A DNA stretch of 64,000 bases from an uncultured Alphaproteobacteria bacterium. Its GTDB lineage: Bacteria > Pseudomonadota > Alphaproteobacteria > HIMB59 > GCA-002718135. The notes beneath the pieces were generated by a model. It made no database searches. It was not told the DNA's origin and was given only the letters and a program-made list of their open reading frames with translations. The position numbers were made by a program, and so were the translations under genes. Below are positions 10,189 through 22,900 of the stretch, piece after piece (positions within the stretch are counted from its first letter, which is position 1; each line of letters starts with the position of its first letter). The DNA is taken from assembly GCA_902522865.1 (NCBI GenBank), contig CABYXC010000008.1:1059-65058 (forward strand), in the 5' to 3' direction.

Positions 10189-12993
10189 TTATAAAATTTT
10201 CTTTAAAAATTCACCTGTAAAGCTTTTTTTATTATTTGCAATATCTTCGGGGGTACCAGTTCCAACAATTTGACCACCATTTACACCTCCTAAAGGACCA
10301 AGGTCAATTATATGATCAGCTGTTTTAATAACATCAAGATTATGCTCAATAACGATTACAGTATTACCTTCATCAACTAGTGTATGAAGAATTTTAAGTA
10401 ATTTTTTAACATCATCAAAATGTAGACCAGTTGTTGGCTCATCTAGAATATATAGTGTTTTTCCTGTTGATCTTTTTGATAATTCTTTAGATAATTTTAT
10501 TCTTTGCGCTTCACCACCTGACAAAGTAGTAGCTGATTGACCTATTTTTATATAATCTAATCCCACATCCATTAAAGTTTGTAATTTTTGTTTTATTGCA
10601 GGAATTTTATCGAAAAATTTATAACCTTCTTCAACAGTCATTTCTAAAACATCAGAAATAGATTTATCCTTATACTTTACTTCTAAGGTTTCTCTATTAT
10701 ACCTTTTACCTTTGCAAATATCACACTCTACATAAACATCAGCTAAAAAATGCATTTCTATTTTTTTTACCCCATCACCTTCACATGATTCACATCTACC
10801 GCCTTTAACATTAAATGAAAAACGACCTGGTTTATAGCCTCTAGCACTTGATTCATTTAAATTCGCAAACCAATCTCTTATCGGAGTAAAACATCCTGTA
10901 TATGTTGCTGGGTTTGATCTCGGTGTTCTTCCAATAGGTGATTGATCAATATCAATTACTTTATCGATATGATTAATACCTTTAAAGTTAAAACGACTTT
11001 CATCTTTATTTAAAGATTTGTTAAAATACTCATCTAACCTTTGATACAATGTATCAATTATCAATGAAGATTTACCACTTCCAGATACACCTGTTACAGT
11101 AATAAAATTTCCTAAAGGTAAAGTTATATTAAGATTGTCTAAGTTGTTTGTTTTTATTTTATTAAGCTTAAAAACTTTATTTTTATTAAATTTTCTTCTA
11201 TTTTTTGGAACTTCTATTTCTAAGGATTTATTCAAATATTTTGCTGTCAAACTTTTATTATTTTTAAGTATTTTTTTAAGTCCTCCCTCTGCAATTATGT
11301 GCCCTCCATTAACTCCTGCTTTAACACCAATATCAATTATATGATCAGATTGTCTAATTGCATCCTCATCATGTTCAACAACAATTACAGTATTTCCTAA
11401 ATCTCTTAATCTAAATAAAGTTTCAATTAGTTGCTGATTATCTTTTTGATGTAATCCAATAGATGGTTCATCCAAAACATATAAAACTCCTGTTAAACCT
11501 GAGCCAATTTGACTTGCCAATCTAATTCTTTGACTTTCACCTCCAGACAAAGTTTTACTAGCTCTTGCCAATGATAAATAATCTAATCCAACTCTATTTA
11601 AAAAAACTAATCTATCTTTTATTTCTTTAATAACTCCTTCAGCAATTTTTTTATTATTTTTATCAAGTTTACTTTCAAGTGATGAAAACCAGTGTAAACA
11701 TTCGCTAATTGATTTTTTAGTAATATTTCCAATATGATTTTCATCAATTCTTACGGCTAAAGCTTTATCGTTAAGACGGAAACCATTGCAAACTTCACAG
11801 TCTCTTTCAGATAAATATTTTTCTAATTCATACTGAAGCCACCATCTCTCAGTTTCCCCATATTTTCGATCAATAAAGTTAATTATTCCCTCAAAATCAT
11901 ATAAAAAATTTAGTTCACTATTCTCATCTCCATAAAGAATTATATTTTTTACTTTTTTTGGAATTTCACTCCATGGAACATTTTTCTTAACTTTGAATTG
12001 TTTTAAAATTTTATCTATTGTTTCAACAAAATATTTTTTTTGATAACCAAATACTTTTGTTTCCCATGGTTTAATAGCTCCATCAGAAATTGATCTAGTT
12101 TCATCTGGCACAATCTTGTTTTCGTCAAAATATTTTTCAACTCCTAATCCATCACACTCAGAACATGCACCTTGCGGTGCATTAAAACTAAATAGTCGAG
12201 GTTCAATTTCTTCAATACTAAATCCAGATACAGGACATGCAAATTTTGATGAAAAAACAGATATTTTATTTGTTTCCAAATTTTCTAAATATAACAAACC
12301 ATCTGATAGTGTTAAAGCAACCTCTATGCTTTCACTCAGTCTTTGTTGGATATTTTTTTTTACAACAAGTCGATCAATTACAACATCAATATTATGTTTA
12401 AAATTCTTTTTTAGTGTAGGCACTTCATCAATATCATAGACAACATTATCTACTTTAAGTCGTTGATAACCTCTTTTTTTTAAATCTTCGATTTCTTTTC
12501 GATATTCACCTTTTCGATCTCTAACTATTGGAGATAAAATATAAATTCTTTTATCAATATTATTTTTAATTATAAGATCAGTCATTTCACTAACTGATTG
12601 TGATTTAATTGGTTTACCTGTTGCTGGAGAATAGGGAACGCCAACTCTAGCATATAACACTCTTAGGTAATCGTAGATTTCTGTGACTGTACCTACGGTA
12701 CTTCTTGGATTTTTTTGTGTGGTTTTTTGTTCTATAGAAATAGCTGGTGATAGACCATCAATACTGTCTACATCAGGCTTATTCATCATTTGAAGAAATT
12801 GTCTTGCATATGCTGATAGACTCTCAACATATTTTCTTTGTCCCTCAGAATAAATTGTATCAAATGCTAAAGTTGATTTTCCTGAGCCACTTACACCTGT
12901 AATTACAACAAGTTTATTTTTTGGTATTTCTAAGTTGATATTTTTAAGATTGTGCTCTCTTGCACCTTTTATAACAATTTTATCTAAATTCAT
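10189..12993 (-). CDS. uvrA: Excinuclease ABC subunit A
   Basis: Two Walker [14 protein letters not shown] signatures, zinc fingers. Confidence 0.98.
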   Translation of the reverse strand: MNLDKIVIKGAREHNLKNINLEIPKNKLVVITGVSGSGKSTLAFDTIYSEGQRKYVESLSAYARQFLQMMNKPDVDSIDGLSPAISIEQKTTQKNPRSTVGTVTEIYDYLRVLYARVGVPYSPATGKPIKSQSVSEMTDLIIKNNIDKRIYILSPIVRDRKGEYRKEIEDLKKRGYQRLKVDNVVYDIDEVPTLKKNFKHNIDVVIDRLVVKKNIQQRLSESIEVALTLSDGLLYLENLETNKISVFSSKFACPVSGFSIEEIEPRLFSFNAPQGACSECDGLGVEKYFDENKIVPDETRSISDGAIKPWETKVFGYQKKYFVETIDKILKQFKVKKNVPWSEIPKKVKNIILYGDENSELNFLYDFEGIINFIDRKYGETERWWLQYELEKYLSERDCEVCNGFRLNDKALAVRIDENHIGNITKKSISECLHWFSSLESKLDKNNKKIAEGVIKEIKDRLVFLNRVGLDYLSLARASKTLSGGESQRIRLASQIGSGLTGVLYVLDEPSIGLHQKDNQQLIETLFRLRDLGNTVIVVEHDEDAIRQSDHIIDIGVKAGVNGGHIIAEGGLKKILKNNKSLTAKYLNKSLEIEVPKNRRKFNKNKVFKLNKIKTNNLDNLNITLPLGNFITVTGVSGSGKSSLIIDTLYQRLDEYFNKSLNKDESRFNFKGINHIDKVIDIDQSPIGRTPRSNPATYTGCFTPIRDWFANLNESSARGYKPGRFSFNVKGGRCESCEGDGVKKIEMHFLADVYVECDICKGKRYNRETLEVKYKDKSISDVLEMTVEEGYKFFDKIPAIKQKLQTLMDVGLDYIKIGQSATTLSGGEAQRIKLSKELSKRSTGKTLYILDEPTTGLHFDDVKKLLKILHTLVDEGNTVIVIEHNLDVIKTADHIIDLGPLGGVNGGQIVGTGTPEDIANNKKSFTGEFLKKIL

Positions 12994-13050
12994 GAATATT
13001 AGTGTTATTTAATAACGTTAATATGTTATATGGATATATATAGAATTCTT

Positions 13051-13524
13051 ATGGTTGGTAGTGTTAATAAAACAATTTTATTAGGAAACTTAGGAAGAGA
13101 TCCTGAAATTAGGTCTATGCAGTCTGGAGCTAAAATGGCTTCATTTTCAATTGCAACTTCAAAAAGATGGAAAGATAGAAATACTCAAGAACAAAAAGAA
13201 AAAACATCTTGGCATAACATTGTTGTCTTTGGAGACGGCTTAGTTGATATAGTAGAAAAATACGTAAAAAAAGGATCTAAAATTTACGTTGAAGGAGAGC
13301 TTCAAACAAGGAAATGGCAAGATAAAGATGGAAATGACAGATACACTACAGAGGTCATTTTACAGGGATATAATTGTAATTTAACCCTCTTAGACAGTAG
13401 AAATAATAATTCTCAGATATCAGATAATTCTCAAGAAATGGATCAATCTAAGCCAGTTGAAGACAATTCTTTTGAAAATCAATCAGGTGATTCTGATGAT
13501 TTAGATGAAGATATTCCTTTTTAA
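13051..13524 (+). CDS. ssb: Single-stranded DNA-binding protein
   Basis: GSVNKTILLGNLGRDPE; C-terminal DIPF; start at ATG 13051. Confidence 0.96.
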   Translation: MVGSVNKTILLGNLGRDPEIRSMQSGAKMASFSIATSKRWKDRNTQEQKEKTSWHNIVVFGDGLVDIVEKYVKKGSKIYVEGELQTRKWQDKDGNDRYTTEVILQGYNCNLTLLDSRNNNSQISDNSQEMDQSKPVEDNSFENQSGDSDDLDEDIPF

Positions 13525-13665
13525 ATTTTTTATTAGATATTATTATTTAATTACTGAAAAATATAGTTTTTTTTATATAATTTAATCATTTATTTATATT
13601 GGTTTAAATTGTGCTTTTTGGTATAGAAAATACTTAATTTTTCTTAGAAAACTTGGATTTTTTTA

Positions 13666-16344
13666 GTGCCTGACAATATAGATACATCAAATAACGACAA
13701 TCAAGAAACTACTAATATACCTTCAGTAAGTTTAGAGCAAGAAATGCAAAAATCCTACCTGGATTACGCAATGTCTGTAATAGTTAGTAGGGCACTTCCA
13801 GACTGTAGAGATGGTTTAAAGCCAGTTCACAGAAGAATATTGTACTCTATGAGTGAGTCAGGGTACAATTTTAATAAACCATACAAAAAATCTGCAAGAA
13901 TAGTGGGTGATGTAATGGGTAAATATCATCCACACGGAGACTCAGCTATTTACAATTCTATGGTTAGAATGGCACAAGATTTTTCTATGCGATTAGAGTT
14001 AGTTGATGGTCAGGGGAATTTTGGATCTTTAGATGGCGATCCTCCTGCAGCAATGAGATATACTGAAGCACGTCTTGCTAAAGTATCCGAAAAGCTTGTT
14101 GAGGATATTGACAAAAACACTGTTGCTTTTCAGTCTAATTATGATGATACAACAAAAGAACCCTCAGTTTTGCCATCCCAATTTCCAAATCTTTTAGTTA
14201 ATGGGGCATCGGGAATAGCTGTTGGAATGGCTACTAATATTGCTCCACATAACTTAGGAGAAGTCATAGACGCATCTTTATTTCTTATTAAAAATCCAGA
14301 ATGTAATATCTCAGACCTTCAAAAATATATTTTTGGTCCTGATTTTCCAACAGGAGGTCAAATAATTGGTAAAAAGGGCATAACAGAAGCTTTTGAAACT
14401 GGAAAAGGAGGGTGTGTAGTTAGGTCAAAGACTAGTATTGAAAATTTTAAAAAGGATCGTGAAGCAATCATTCTCCATGAAATACCTTATCAGGTTAATA
14501 AATCAAAATTATTAGAAAGGATTGCAGAAATTGTAAAAAATGGAATTGTTGAAGGAATTTCAGATTTAAGAGATGAGTCAGATAGAAACGGTGTTAGGGT
14601 TGTTATAGAATTAAAAAAAGATGTAGATTCAAATATTATTCTCAATCAATTATATAAACATACGTTAATTCAAACGACATTTAATTCTAATATGCTTGCT
14701 TTAAACAAAGGTAAGCCAGAACAAATGAATTTAAAAGAAATTTTATCTTCATTTTTAGATTTTAGAGAAGAAGTAATAATAAAAAGAACATTATTTGACC
14801 TTAATAAAGCTAGAGAAAAAGCTCATATTTTAGTTGGATTGGTTGTTACTAATGAACATATTGATGAAATTATAGAATTAATAAAAAGTTCAAAAGATAC
14901 AAAAGAAGCAAAAGAAAAATTAATTAAAAAGAAATGGAAAGTATCTAAACAAAATCTTAATTTTATTAATTCAGTTGAGGATAATACTGTAGAATTAAAA
15001 AACAACACTTTCAATTTTTCTGACGCACAGGCTAAAGCTATTTTAGAATTAAGATTGCAAAAATTAACTGCTTTAGAAAGAGAAGATATACAAAAAGATT
15101 TAGAAAGTTTAATTTTAGAAATTAAAAATTACCTATCTATACTTAATTCTAGGGATATTCTTCTAAAGGAAATAGAAAATGAATTAGTTGACATTAAAAA
15201 AGAATTTGCAACTGAAAGACGTAGCGAGATTATTGATCAAGAATATGAGCAAGTTGATGATTTAAGATATATTCAACAAGAAGATATAGTTTTAACTATT
15301 TCTAATAATGGATACATTAAAAGATCACTATTATCTAATTATCGTTCTCAAAATAGAGGAGGTAAAGGTAAAACTGGTATGTCAACAAGAGAAGAAGATT
15401 TTGTTAAAGAAATTCACTTTGCGGATACTCATACTAAACTTTTAGTTTTTTCTTCATTAGGAAAGGTTTATTCTCTAAAATCTCATGATGTTCCTGAAGC
15501 TAGTTTAAAGGCAAGAGGAAAGCCTATAGTAAATTTATTGCCATTTAAAAATTCTGAAAAAATATCAACTTTTCTACCATTACCCCTAGATGAAAATCAG
15601 TGGGAAAAATTTTATGTTATTTTTACAACTAAAAATGGAATGGTTAGAAAAAACAAATTAATTGATGTTGCTAAGAGTGGAAAAAGAGAATTGAGGGACT
15701 CAGGCAAAGTATCTATTAAGCTTGATGAAAAAGATGAATTAATTGGTGTTAAGCTTTGTACTGTAGATGATGATATTTTACTTTCTTCATCAAATGGAAA
15801 ATGTTTACGTTTTCCAGTTGAAAAGTTAAGATTATTTTCTGGTTTAAATTCTTCAGGTGTAAGGGGTATAAAATTAGATAAGGGCAATACAATCATTTCT
15901 TTAGCAATTTTGAAACATTCAGTGATTGATATGAGCATTCGTCAAGAATACTTAAGGGCAGCATCCGAAAGTAGAAAAGAAACTTCAACACTCAAAAATG
16001 GATTTGAAGAATTAAATAATAATGAGGAATTTCTTTTAGCTATAACATCAAAGGGTTTTGGAAAAAGATCATCCGCCTATGAATATAGAATTTCAAATAG
16101 AGGAGGGAAAGGTATAACTGGTATAATTACATCAGAAAAAAATGGTGAAGTTGTTGATTGTTTTGTTGTTAAGGACAACGATGAAATTATTCTTGTTAGT
16201 GACAAGGGTCAAATAATTAGAGTTAATGTAAACCAAATTAGAATAGCTGGAAGATCAACAAAAGGTGTAAGTATTTTTAAGATTCCTGAAAGCGATAGAA
16301 TTGTTTCTGTTTCTAGAATACAAGAATTCGAAAATGATGAATAA
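13666..16344 (+). CDS. gyrA: DNA gyrase subunit A
   Basis: [14 protein letters not shown], GyrA-box QNRGGKG; GTG start. Confidence 0.98.
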   Translation: MPDNIDTSNNDNQETTNIPSVSLEQEMQKSYLDYAMSVIVSRALPDCRDGLKPVHRRILYSMSESGYNFNKPYKKSARIVGDVMGKYHPHGDSAIYNSMVRMAQDFSMRLELVDGQGNFGSLDGDPPAAMRYTEARLAKVSEKLVEDIDKNTVAFQSNYDDTTKEPSVLPSQFPNLLVNGASGIAVGMATNIAPHNLGEVIDASLFLIKNPECNISDLQKYIFGPDFPTGGQIIGKKGITEAFETGKGGCVVRSKTSIENFKKDREAIILHEIPYQVNKSKLLERIAEIVKNGIVEGISDLRDESDRNGVRVVIELKKDVDSNIILNQLYKHTLIQTTFNSNMLALNKGKPEQMNLKEILSSFLDFREEVIIKRTLFDLNKAREKAHILVGLVVTNEHIDEIIELIKSSKDTKEAKEKLIKKKWKVSKQNLNFINSVEDNTVELKNNTFNFSDAQAKAILELRLQKLTALEREDIQKDLESLILEIKNYLSILNSRDILLKEIENELVDIKKEFATERRSEIIDQEYEQVDDLRYIQQEDIVLTISNNGYIKRSLLSNYRSQNRGGKGKTGMSTREEDFVKEIHFADTHTKLLVFSSLGKVYSLKSHDVPEASLKARGKPIVNLLPFKNSEKISTFLPLPLDENQWEKFYVIFTTKNGMVRKNKLIDVAKSGKRELRDSGKVSIKLDEKDELIGVKLCTVDDDILLSSSNGKCLRFPVEKLRLFSGLNSSGVRGIKLDKGNTIISLAILKHSVIDMSIRQEYLRAASESRKETSTLKNGFEELNNNEEFLLAITSKGFGKRSSAYEYRISNRGGKGITGIITSEKNGEVVDCFVVKDNDEIILVSDKGQIIRVNVNQIRIAGRSTKGVSIFKIPESDRIVSVSRIQEFENDE

Positions 16345-16828
16345 AATTGGAATATATCCGGGCACTTTTGATCCTATGACTGCAGGTCATATGGACATAA
16401 TTAAAAGATCATTAAGAATAGTAGATAGTTTAGTAATAGCTGTCGCTAATAATATTAATAAAGATTCATTATTTAGTGTTCAAGAAAGAATTAATATTAT
16501 CAAAAGTGATATCAGTTCTGTAAATGAGCTAAATTCAAAAATTAATGTTACTGAATTATCAGGATTACTAACAACTTTTGCTAAAGATCAAAATGCCACA
16601 TGCATAATACGTGGTTTAAGAGCAGTATCTGATTTTGAGTATGAATTCCAAATGACAGGCATGAACTACCAACTTAACCCCGATATCGAGACAATATTTC
16701 TTATGACTTCAGAAAAAAACTCATTCATTTCATCTAATTTTGTTAAAGAAGTCCACAAACTAGGCGGTGATGTTTCAAATTTTGTTTCTAAAAATACTTT
16801 AGAGCTGCTTAATAAAAAAAACTCTTAG
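16334..16828 (+). CDS. coaD: Pantetheine-phosphate adenylyltransferase
   Basis: [24 protein letters not shown]; start ATG 16334 or 16337. Confidence 0.95.
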   Translation: MMNKIGIYPGTFDPMTAGHMDIIKRSLRIVDSLVIAVANNINKDSLFSVQERINIIKSDISSVNELNSKINVTELSGLLTTFAKDQNATCIIRGLRAVSDFEYEFQMTGMNYQLNPDIETIFLMTSEKNSFISSNFVKEVHKLGGDVSNFVSKNTLELLNKKNS

Positions 16829-16836
16829 TTAATCAC

Positions 16837-16865
16837 TTGCGCTTACAATATTTGAACTATATAGA
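16837..16865 (+). promoter_or_regulatory. Putative sigma70 promoter of tRNA-Lys
   Basis: TTGCGC-N17-TATAGA ending 13 nt before the tRNA. Confidence 0.5.
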
Positions 16866-16878
16866 ATACAAATTCGAT

Positions 16879-16954
<76 letters not shown>

Positions 16955-16960
16955 TCCAAA

Positions 16961-17143
16961 ATGAAAAAAGCAAAAATTAAAAATATTGCATCAGGTATTG
17001 AGAAAAATTGTGATATTTTAAGAAAAAATGATAACATTCTTGAAGTAGTTCTTGAAAGAACAACAATAAAAATATTGCTTATAAAAAAGACTAATAAATA
17101 TATCGGATATTTTAAAGAAATGGAATTTGAGTCTGATGGTTAA
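16961..17143 (+). CDS. Small hypothetical protein (60 aa)
   Basis: ATG ORF filling the gap after tRNA-Lys; convergent stop overlap with next gene. Confidence 0.55.
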   Translation: MKKAKIKNIASGIEKNCDILRKNDNILEVVLERTTIKILLIKKTNKYIGYFKEMEFESDG

Positions 17144-17577
17144 TTTTTATTCTTAATATTTAATTCGTTTTCATAATCAATTTGTACTTGCTTTAAAATT
17201 TCTTTCTTTGTTTTTACTTTACCTTTTCCTACACCAGGGCAATTTTTAGCAATATCGTTATTCCAAGTTTTTGTATTCATATTTTCAGGCCAAAAAGGCC
17301 AAGTTCTACATTGTATAGGTCTTGATTTATAAACAGAGCATTTGTTATCTTTCAAAAATATGCAATTTCCATTATTTTTTTTTAGTTCCTTTAAGTGAAT
17401 GAAGCCATCAGTTTTTTGACAATAGTTTTTTATAAAGTTTTGTTCTGTAATCTTAAATCCATCTGACAATTTTTTAATATCTTTCTTACTTAAATAAACA
17501 AAACCATAGGTGCCTCTTGAAACACAACAATTTCCAGAACCCTGGCATTCAAATCTAATACCTTTTTCTATATCCAT
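17140..17577 (-). CDS. YkgJ-family cysteine-cluster protein
   Basis: CQGSGNCC...CIFL..CSVY..RPIQCRTWPFW..CPG; reads on the minus strand (CAT at 17575-17577) although the ORF track labels it +. Confidence 0.85.
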   Translation of the reverse strand: MDIEKGIRFECQGSGNCCVSRGTYGFVYLSKKDIKKLSDGFKITEQNFIKNYCQKTDGFIHLKELKKNNGNCIFLKDNKCSVYKSRPIQCRTWPFWPENMNTKTWNNDIAKNCPGVGKGKVKTKKEILKQVQIDYENELNIKNKN

Positions 17578-17582
17578 AACTA

Positions 17583-19664
17583 TTATCCAGCAGTAAGTGT
17601 TAAAATTGCTGCATCTCTTTCTTGAAGATACAATAAGTTTCGAAGATTTTCTCCTTCTATGTTTTCCAATTTTGGATTGTTGGACAATATATCTTCTACC
17701 ATAATTTTAGCATCCTCTAATAGATCGTAATCAAAACTAAGATCAGCTACATAAAAAGATGGGCTGCCAGATTGTTTTTTTCCTAAAATTTCTCCTGGAC
17801 CTCTTATTTTTAAATCCTCTTCAGCGATTTTAAAACCATCATTTGTTTGCTTCATTATATCAATTCTTTTTTTTGAAATTTCCCCAATATTATCTTTATG
17901 TAAAAGTATACAATATGATTGAATGTCATTTCTACCAACACGACCTCTCAATTGATGAAGTTGAGCTAAACCGAATCTTTCTGCATGCTCAATTACAATT
18001 GTTGTTGCAGAAGGAATATCTACTCCAACTTCAATAACAGTTGTTGAAACTAAAATTTTATAATCCTCATTTTTAAACTTTGTCATTATTTCTTCTTTTT
18101 CTATTTCACTTAAACGTCCATGCATTAAAAGAACTTTATTTTTGAAATATTTTTTTAAAATTTTGTATCTTTCCTCTGCAGCTTTTAGATCTAACTCTTC
18201 AGATTCTTCTATTAAAGGGCATACCCAGTAAAATTTAGATGATGAATTTTTAATTTTTTCTTTAATTCTATTAATTAGTTGATTTTCTTTTTTTAATGAC
18301 AAAGAGCTAGTTATAATTGGTTTACGACCTAAAGGTTTTTCAATTAATTTACTTTCTTTCATATCTCCATATGCTGCTAAAGTTAATGTTCTTGGAATTG
18401 GAGTCGCACTCATTACTAAAATATTTGGTTTATGATTTTTATGGTTAAATACCATTCTTTGATAAACTCCAAATCTATGCTGTTCATCAATAACTGCTAA
18501 ACCTAAATTATTAAATTTTACAGTATCTTGTATTAAAGCATGTGTCCCAATTATAATATCTGCTTTTCCCTTTGCAATTTCATCTAATTTTCCTTTCCTT
18601 TCCTTACCCTTATCCTTTCCTGTAAGAACAAGCACATTTATTTTTGAATCTTTTAATAAATTTAGAATATTTTCATAATGCTGAAATGCAAGAATTGTAG
18701 TAGGCACCATTAAAGCAGATTGAAAATTACTTTCAAATACTTTTATCATTGATATTAAAGCTACAATAGTTTTTCCAGATCCAACATCTCCTTGCAACAA
18801 TCTAATCATTTGATTAGAACTTCCTAGATCATGAAGTATTTCTTTTATTACATTATTTTGTGAATTTGTGAGTTTAAACTCTAAATTATTATAAAATTTG
18901 TTTAATGTTTTATTTTTACTAGTAATTTTAAGACCTTTTTTCTTTTGATTAAAATTTCTCATAATGCCTATAGCTAATTGATGAGATAATAATTCATCAA
19001 ATGCTAGTCTTCTTCTGAGCAAATTTTTATTATTTATATTATTATCACTTGGATTATGAAGATTTTTAACTACCTCATTCCATCCTTTAAATTTATATTT
19101 ATTTAATATTGAAGTTTCTATCCATTCATTAAAATTTGGTAAATTATTTAATATTTGATCGGTTAATTTATTCATTATTTTTTGATTTAGGCCACTAGTT
19201 AAACTGTAAACTGCCTCTTTACTTTTGATTATTTTATTATTGTTTAAAGCACTTACATGACTAGGGTGCGTTATTTGAAATGTGTTTCTAAAATATTCTA
19301 ATTTTCCAGATATTAATCTATTTTCATTTGTTGGAAGCATTTGTCTCAACATAGGATGTCTTGCATTAAAATATACTAATTCAATATTTGTATCTCCACA
19401 GATACATTTAATTTTGTAGGGTTGTCTTTTAAACCTTGAAGGCTCATGTTTAATAATTTTTAAATTTAATGTTACTAAAGAATTAATTTCAGCATCATGA
19501 ATATTTTCATAGAATTTTCTTTCAATAATATTATTTGGTATGTTCCAAACAAAATGAATATTTTTATATATACCTAATTTATTAATAATTTGTTCTAACT
19601 TTGGACCAACTCCTTTGAGAGAAGATATTGAAGATAATATGTAATTTAATTTTTCTGGTCTCAT
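17583..19664 (-). CDS. recG: ATP-dependent DNA helicase RecG
   Basis: QGDVGSGKT, DEQHRFG, SATPIPRT, QLHQLRGRVGR. Confidence 0.96.
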   Translation of the reverse strand: MRPEKLNYILSSISSLKGVGPKLEQIINKLGIYKNIHFVWNIPNNIIERKFYENIHDAEINSLVTLNLKIIKHEPSRFKRQPYKIKCICGDTNIELVYFNARHPMLRQMLPTNENRLISGKLEYFRNTFQITHPSHVSALNNNKIIKSKEAVYSLTSGLNQKIMNKLTDQILNNLPNFNEWIETSILNKYKFKGWNEVVKNLHNPSDNNINNKNLLRRRLAFDELLSHQLAIGIMRNFNQKKKGLKITSKNKTLNKFYNNLEFKLTNSQNNVIKEILHDLGSSNQMIRLLQGDVGSGKTIVALISMIKVFESNFQSALMVPTTILAFQHYENILNLLKDSKINVLVLTGKDKGKERKGKLDEIAKGKADIIIGTHALIQDTVKFNNLGLAVIDEQHRFGVYQRMVFNHKNHKPNILVMSATPIPRTLTLAAYGDMKESKLIEKPLGRKPIITSSLSLKKENQLINRIKEKIKNSSSKFYWVCPLIEESEELDLKAAEERYKILKKYFKNKVLLMHGRLSEIEKEEIMTKFKNEDYKILVSTTVIEVGVDIPSATTIVIEHAERFGLAQLHQLRGRVGRNDIQSYCILLHKDNIGEISKKRIDIMKQTNDGFKIAEEDLKIRGPGEILGKKQSGSPSFYVADLSFDYDLLEDAKIMVEDILSNNPKLENIEGENLRNLLYLQERDAAILTLTAG

Positions 19665-19707
19665 AGATTTTTACAAAATTATAAACTATATTCTATATTC
19701 AATTTTT

Positions 19708-19956
19708 ATGTCATTCAATTCACTTAAAAAAACCATAAAATATAGGGTTTCTTACTCTGGAACAAAAGAAACAGATATTTTATACAAAAGATATTTTATA
19801 AATCAGTTAGATAAATTTAGTGAAAAAGATCTTGAAGATATTAAATCGATATTTAATCATTTCTCCGATAATGAGATTTATGATTTTCTCACTTCTAAGG
19901 TAGCTATTCCATTAGAGTTTAAGGGAATATTTAATAAAATACTTAATGAAGAATAA
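19708..19956 (+). CDS. sdhE: Succinate dehydrogenase assembly factor SdhE/Sdh5-like
   Basis: YRVSYSGTKETD variant of the RGxxE motif; recG/sdhE-mfd synteny. Confidence 0.75.
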   Translation: MSFNSLKKTIKYRVSYSGTKETDILYKRYFINQLDKFSEKDLEDIKSIFNHFSDNEIYDFLTSKVAIPLEFKGIFNKILNEE

Positions 19957-22900
19957 AAATACAATCGGTCCATCAATTCATAATGTTGAGCCCTTTTTCA
20001 TTTCGCAGTTTTATCAAAATTCCAATAAATCAATTTTATACATTGGGAAAAATGAAAGAGAAATATCCTCTATGGAAGAAAAAATTAAATGGTTATTACC
20101 TGATGTTGAGATTTTATTATTTAAATCTTGGGATCAAATACCCTACGATAATGTTTCTCCTTCAAAAGAAGTGCAAATAGAAAGATTAAAAACACTTAAA
20201 ATTTTATCAAATTCTAATGCAAAAAGAATAATACTTACAACAATTAATTCAATAACACAAAAAATAATTCCTAAATCAATTATAAATTCACAACTTTTAA
20301 AAATTTCAAAAAAACAAAAATTTAAACTTGAGGATCTTATAAATAACCTTGTACTTTTAGGTTTCCAAAGAACTTCTTTAGTTCGTGATAAATCAGAATT
20401 TTCAGTAAGAGGATCAATTTTAGATATTTTTCCAAATGATAGATCAAAGCCAATAAGAATAGATTTTTTTGATGAAGAAATAGAAACAATTTTTGAATTT
20501 GATCAAATTACTCAAAAAAGACTAAAAGAAATAAATAGTTATTTAGAGTTTAATATTGTTAATGAACTAATTCTTAATGAAGATAATCTGAACTTATTTA
20601 GAAAAAATTTTAGAGAAATATTTCCAGAGTATAGGAATAGTCAAGTTTATAATCTTTTTTCTGAAAAAATTATTCCATCCGGCGGCGAACAATTCATACC
20701 TTTATTTTATGATAATCTTGAAACATTATTTGATTATATTGAAGAATATAAAATATTACTAAACGATGAATTTAATAACATTTTTGAAAATAGATTAGAA
20801 AATATAAATGATTTTTATTTAGCTAGAAAAAATAATAAAGAAAGTTTTTTTCTATCACCTGAGTATTTTTATTTGAATAAAGAAATATTTAAAAAATATT
20901 TAGAAAATAATGAGCACTTTTATTTCAAAACATTTGATAAAAATAATTATATTAATATTGATGTAAATATTATTCATAATTTATCATCTATTAAAAAGGA
21001 AATAGATTTCAGTTTTATAAATCAATTTTTTACAGCTAATTCTAAAGATAATATAATTTATATATGTTGTCGTAGTAAAGGAAGTTTAGAAAGGGTATCT
21101 AAGATATTAGAAAATAATTTAAGCTTAAATTTAAATGATGTAAAAAACTTTAATCATTCATTTCCTGATAATATACTTTTAACTATTCTAGATATTGAGG
21201 AGTCATTTAAATTTAATAAATATATTTTTATTAATGAAAAATCCTTATTTGGTTATTTTTTTAATACGCAAATATCTAAATCACGTAAACAAACAATATT
21301 TTTTGAAGAATTAAATAAATTATCTATTGATTCTATTCTAGTTCATTCTGAGTACGGTCTTTGTAAGTTTAATAATATTAGAAAAATTGAATTAAACGAC
21401 TCAATTCATGAGTGTTTAGAATTAGAATTTTTTGAAAATCAAAAACTTTTTTTACCAGTTGAAAATTTAAGTTATGTATCAAAATATAGCGATGATACTG
21501 ATGGAAATATTATTTTAGATAAACTTGGTGCTTCACATTGGCAAAAAAGGAAAGCAGATGCAAAAAAGAAAATTAGAGATGCTGCAAAAAAACTAATTTC
21601 AACAGCTTCTAAAAGACTTCAATCACAATCTTATGAAATTAATACAAATATTCCTGAGTATGACAAATTTGTAAGTACGTTTCCATATGTTGAAACTGAT
21701 GATCAATTGAATGCTATACAAGATGTAATTAATGATTTTTCTAAGATGATACCCTCTGATAGACTAATTGTAGGTGATGTAGCTTTTGGTAAAACAGAAG
21801 TAATTTTAAGAGCTATTTTTCTTGCTGCAAAATCAAATTTACAATCTGTAGTTTTAGTACCGACTACCATTTTATCTAGACAGCATTTTACTAATTTCAA
21901 AAAAAGATTATCAATTTTTGGTATCAACATTTCAGAAATTTCTAGATTAGTGTCATTAAAAGAAAAAAAAGAAATTTTTGAAAAATGTAATGCTGGTAAT
22001 ATAGATGTATTAGTTGGTACTCATGCGTTATTAAATGATAAATTAAAATTTAAAAAGCTTGGCCTAATAGTTTATGATGAAGAACAAAAACTAGGAACAA
22101 TTCAAAAAGAAAAATTTAAAGAAATTGCACCAAAAGCTCATTGTATCTCACTTAGTGCAACACCTATTCCAAGAACGTTAAGTATGTCTCTTTCAGGAAT
22201 AAGAGATCTAAGTCTAATCCTTACAGCGCCATTTGAAAGAATGGCTGTTAGGACTTACGTATCGCCTTTTGATTCATTGACTATCACAGAAGCTATAAAA
22301 AGAGAAATATATGGAAGAAAAAACGGAGTTTATTTTGTTGTTCCTAGAAAAAAGGACTTACCTTTTGTTGAGCAATTTTTAAAAGATAATTTACCAGAAA
22401 TTAAATATGTAATTACTCACGGTCAGCTTAGTCCTAAATTATTAGAAAGTAGAATATCAAAATTTTATAATCAAGAAGTACCTTTAATGTTAAGCACAAA
22501 TATTATTGAAAATGGTTTAGATTTACCTCATGTAAATACAATTATTGTTTACCGATCAAATATATTTTCTTTAGCTGCTTTGTATCAATTGAAAGGAAGG
22601 GTAGGTCGATCTTCCAAACGTGGATACGCATACATTACATACAAAGAGAGTGAGCTAAAAGATAATGGTAGAAAAAGATTATCAATAATAAACTCCTCCG
22701 ATCATCTTGGTGCAGGTTTTAATATAGCATCTCAAGATCTTGATCTTCGAGGTGGTGGTTCTGTAATCGGAGAAGAACAGAGTGGTTTTATCAAGGAAAT
22801 TGGAACTGAGCTTTATCATCAAATGCTTGAAGAAGAGATAAATTTACAAAAAAGTAAAATTAATTTAGATTTTATCAAAAAAGATATTTATCAACCAATT

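Noticed and set aside
12994-13050. LexA box between uvrA and ssb
   Set aside because: No alphaproteobacterial GTTC-N7-GTTC or GAAC-N7-GAAC. Only an AT-rich inverted repeat (13004-13016) that could be chance.
17140-17577. ORF track lists this gene on the + strand
   Set aside because: The given protein is encoded by the reverse complement (CAT at 17575-17577, TTA at 17140-17142), so it is annotated on the minus strand.
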